NCBI GenBank assembly: GCA_963786955.1
Contig: CAWBAT010000008.1
Location: 570,783 to 634,782 of the forward strand
Direction: 5' to 3'
Length of the DNA: 64,000 nt
DNA from: an uncultured Acidimicrobiia bacterium
GTDB lineage: Bacteria > Acidobacteriota > Terriglobia > Versatilivoradales > Versatilivoraceae
Each line of letters starts with the position of its first letter. Position 1 is the first letter of the stretch. A program made the translations under genes and the position numbers. This document shows, piece after piece, positions 61,820-64,000 of the stretch. The notes under the pieces were generated by a model that was not told the origin of the DNA, ran no database searches, and saw nothing but the letters and a program-made list of their open reading frames with translations.

Positions 61820-62515
61820 TCACGAGATCGCTCGCGCGAGCAGGAAAGCGACTCCGGCTGCAATTCCGCCGATGAGCACGGTCTGAATGGAGCTACGCCA
61901 CGGGGGGGTGCCGGTAAAGCGTCCTTTCACAAATCCGAAAATGGCGAGTGCCAGCAGAGTGATCGCCGCAGATAGAACAAGTGCCGATGATGCCTTCGTC
62001 AAGGCAATGTAGGGTCCCAGAGGAATGAAGCCGCCCACGATGTAGGCACCCGCGATCGTTACAGCACTCAGCAACGCACGTTTCGGATCCGGCTGCTCCA
62101 GTCCCAATTCAAAGCGCATCATGAAGTCGACCCAGGCCTTCGGCCGCTTGCGAAAGGCGTCAACAATGGGCCTACTTTCTTCTTCGGTCACGCCGTAAGA
62201 CTTAAAAATAAGGGCAACTTCGGCAATCTCTACTTCCGGTATCTCTTCGACCTCGGTCTCTTCTCGTTTTCTTTCTGCCTCGTAGTGCTCGGCATCGCTC
62301 ATTGCAGCGAGATAGCCACCCAGCCCCATCGCGATCGAGCCTGCGGCGATTTCGGCCAGCCCTGCGGTCATTATGATCTTTGTCGTGTTTACGGCGCCGG
62401 ATAAGCCTGCCGCAAGAGCAAATGGTACGGTCAACCCATCGGACATTCCTATCACGATGTCGCGAATCGTTTCCGTGCCTGTGAAGTGGCGTTCAATGTG
62501 GCGCGTTTGTGGCAT
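61820..62515 (-). CDS. VIT1/CCC1 family Fe/Mn transporter
   Basis: RDIVIGMSDGLTVPFAL, AGSIAMGLGGYLA and FMMRFELG motifs. Confidence 0.93.
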   Translation of the reverse strand: MPQTRHIERHFTGTETIRDIVIGMSDGLTVPFALAAGLSGAVNTTKIIMTAGLAEIAAGSIAMGLGGYLAAMSDAEHYEAERKREETEVEEIPEVEIAEVALIFKSYGVTEEESRPIVDAFRKRPKAWVDFMMRFELGLEQPDPKRALLSAVTIAGAYIVGGFIPLGPYIALTKASSALVLSAAITLLALAIFGFVKGRFTGTPPWRSSIQTVLIGGIAAGVAFLLARAIS

Positions 62516-62526
62516 GGGAGTCTCCT

Positions 62527-62658
62527 TAGTACTGCTATTCGTAATTGTGGTGACGCATCTTAAGATAAGCGCCGCGTGGGGTCACGCGGCCTACAAAGTT
62601 GTAGGCCGGGTCACAGACCCGGCGTTAACGTTACTGTATTAATGAAAAGCAGTACTTA
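62527..62658. mobile_element. AGTACT-ended MITE/REPIN
   Basis: Inverted homolog of 11102-11226 (GCCGCGTGGGGTCACGCGGCCTAC..GTAGGCCGGGTCAC). Confidence 0.7.
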
Positions 62659-62679
62659 GGGCCTTTTGTTATTTAGGAT

Positions 62680-64000
62680 CAATAGTGTCCCAACGTTGAA
62701 GAAGGGCTTATTGGTACCCTTAAGAAAATAATGAATTTGAATAGTAAAGAGCCATTTATCGATTTGAAATTGGAATGTATCCAAAGCCATACTTTCGCAC
62801 CCTTGCGAAAGGAGCTTGTGGATGAATTCCGGCCAATCGATCTTTGCCCAGTTGATGGACTTTATTCCTCGTTACGAGTTTCGCCGATGCGTAGAACGCT
62901 ACCACGGCAACTACAAAATCAAGAGTTTCTCGTGTTGGGACCAGTTTCTCACAATGGCCTTTGCCCAGCTAACTTTTCGAGAGAGCTTGCGCGATATCGA
63001 AGCCTGTCTGCGGGCCTCGCCGACCAAACTCTATCACAGTGGAATTCGCAGCCCCATCTCGCGCAACACGTTGGCCCACGCCAATCAGGTACGGGACTGG
63101 AAAATCTACGCCGATTTCGCGCAAGTATTGATCGGCCAGGCCCGGGGTCTTTACGCCGACGAACCCTTCGGCCTGGAACTCGATCAAACCGTCTACGCGC
63201 TCGATACCACCACGATCGATCTATGTCTGTCGTTGTTTCCCTGGGCCCAATTCCGCCGCCACAAGTCCGCCGTCAAACTCCATACCTTGCTGGATCTGCG
63301 CGGCAGCATTCCCACTGTGGTGATTGTCACCGGTGGGCAGATCCACGAGGTCAACATCCTCGATCAGTTGATCTGGGAGGCCGGCGCCATTTACCTGATG
63401 GATCGCGGTTACTTCGATTTCCGAAGACTCTATCATCTGCATCAATCGGGCGCGTTCTTCGTGACCCGGGCCAAGAAGCGCTTCGACTGCCAGCGGATTG
63501 GCTCCCAGCCGTCGACAAAGCGACCGGCTTGCAATGCGATCAGATCGTAGGGCTCAACAACCCCGTTCCCAAACGAGGCTATCCCGAGAGACTTCGGCGG
63601 ATACGTTATTTCGATGCGCTGACTCAAAAGCGTCTCGTGTTTCTGACCAACAACTTTCTTCTCCCCGCGTTGACGATTACCCAGCTCTATCAGTGCCGTT
63701 GGCAAGTGGAGTTGTTCTTTCGCTGGATCAAGCAGCATCTGCGCATCAAAGCTTTTTACGGGACTTCGGAGAACGCTGTCAAGACGCAAGTTTGGACCGC
63801 CATCTCGGTCTACGTTCTGGTCGCCATCATCAAGAAACGACTCAATCTCACCCGGAGCCTGCATTCAATTCTACAGATTTTGAGCATCTCACTTTTCGAG
63901 AAAACTCCAATTTTACAGGCGCTTTCAGGTACCGACTGGAATGATTCTCACCTCGATTCTTGTAAACAACTGAAGTTGTTCGACTAACGTTGGGACAGCA
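62680..64000 (+). mobile_element. IS4-family insertion sequence (right end clipped by the window)
   Basis: Inverted repeats TGTCCCAACGTT (62686-62697) and AACGTTGGGACA (63986-63997) flank the transposase. Confidence 0.92.
62822..63987 (+). CDS. IS4 transposase with DUF4372 N-terminus; 1-bp frameshift near 63512
   Basis: FAQLTFRESLRDIE, DTTTIDL, KLHTLLD, MDRGY and YQCRWQVELFFRWIKQHL (YREK); adding one G restores SQPVDKATG. Confidence 0.93.

Noticed and set aside
62731-63500. N-terminal part of the 418-aa ORF 62731-63987
   Set aside because: It is off-frame sequence; the transposase starts at 62822 in another frame and joins after a 1-bp indel. No slippery programmed-frameshift motif was seen.

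Overview
Bacterial chromosomal window. Gene content (two Oar-type TonB-dependent receptors, SYLF, VCBS and PQQ-propeller proteins, Tat-exported sugar enzymes, REP-dense spacers) suggests Acidobacteriota; this is inferred, not established. About 40 genes are present. Many carry single-base indels, often at homopolymers, and these look like long-read assembly errors rather than real pseudogenes. The main highlight is 3961-11039: an ECF sigma factor, a zinc anti-sigma with a TM helix and TPR domain, and an apparently exported TPR-CHAT (caspase-like) protease, next to a divergent secreted protein of unknown function. The sequence shows three exact copies of TGTCAC-N18-ACTTAA there. One points at the secreted gene, one points at the anti-sigma/CHAT genes, and one is orphaned; together they outline a candidate regulon. 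Other notable items: a synonymously diverged second copy of a TonB receptor 3' end; a promoter-led, rod-like 6S-type RNA candidate; an EAL phosphodiesterase with a C-terminal TM and outer domain; a leaderless-looking higBA with an operator; an IS4 element; an internally deleted IS1380; and many nested REP/MITE families. No CRISPR array, rRNA or tRNA was seen. All family calls come from motif recognition, with no database search.
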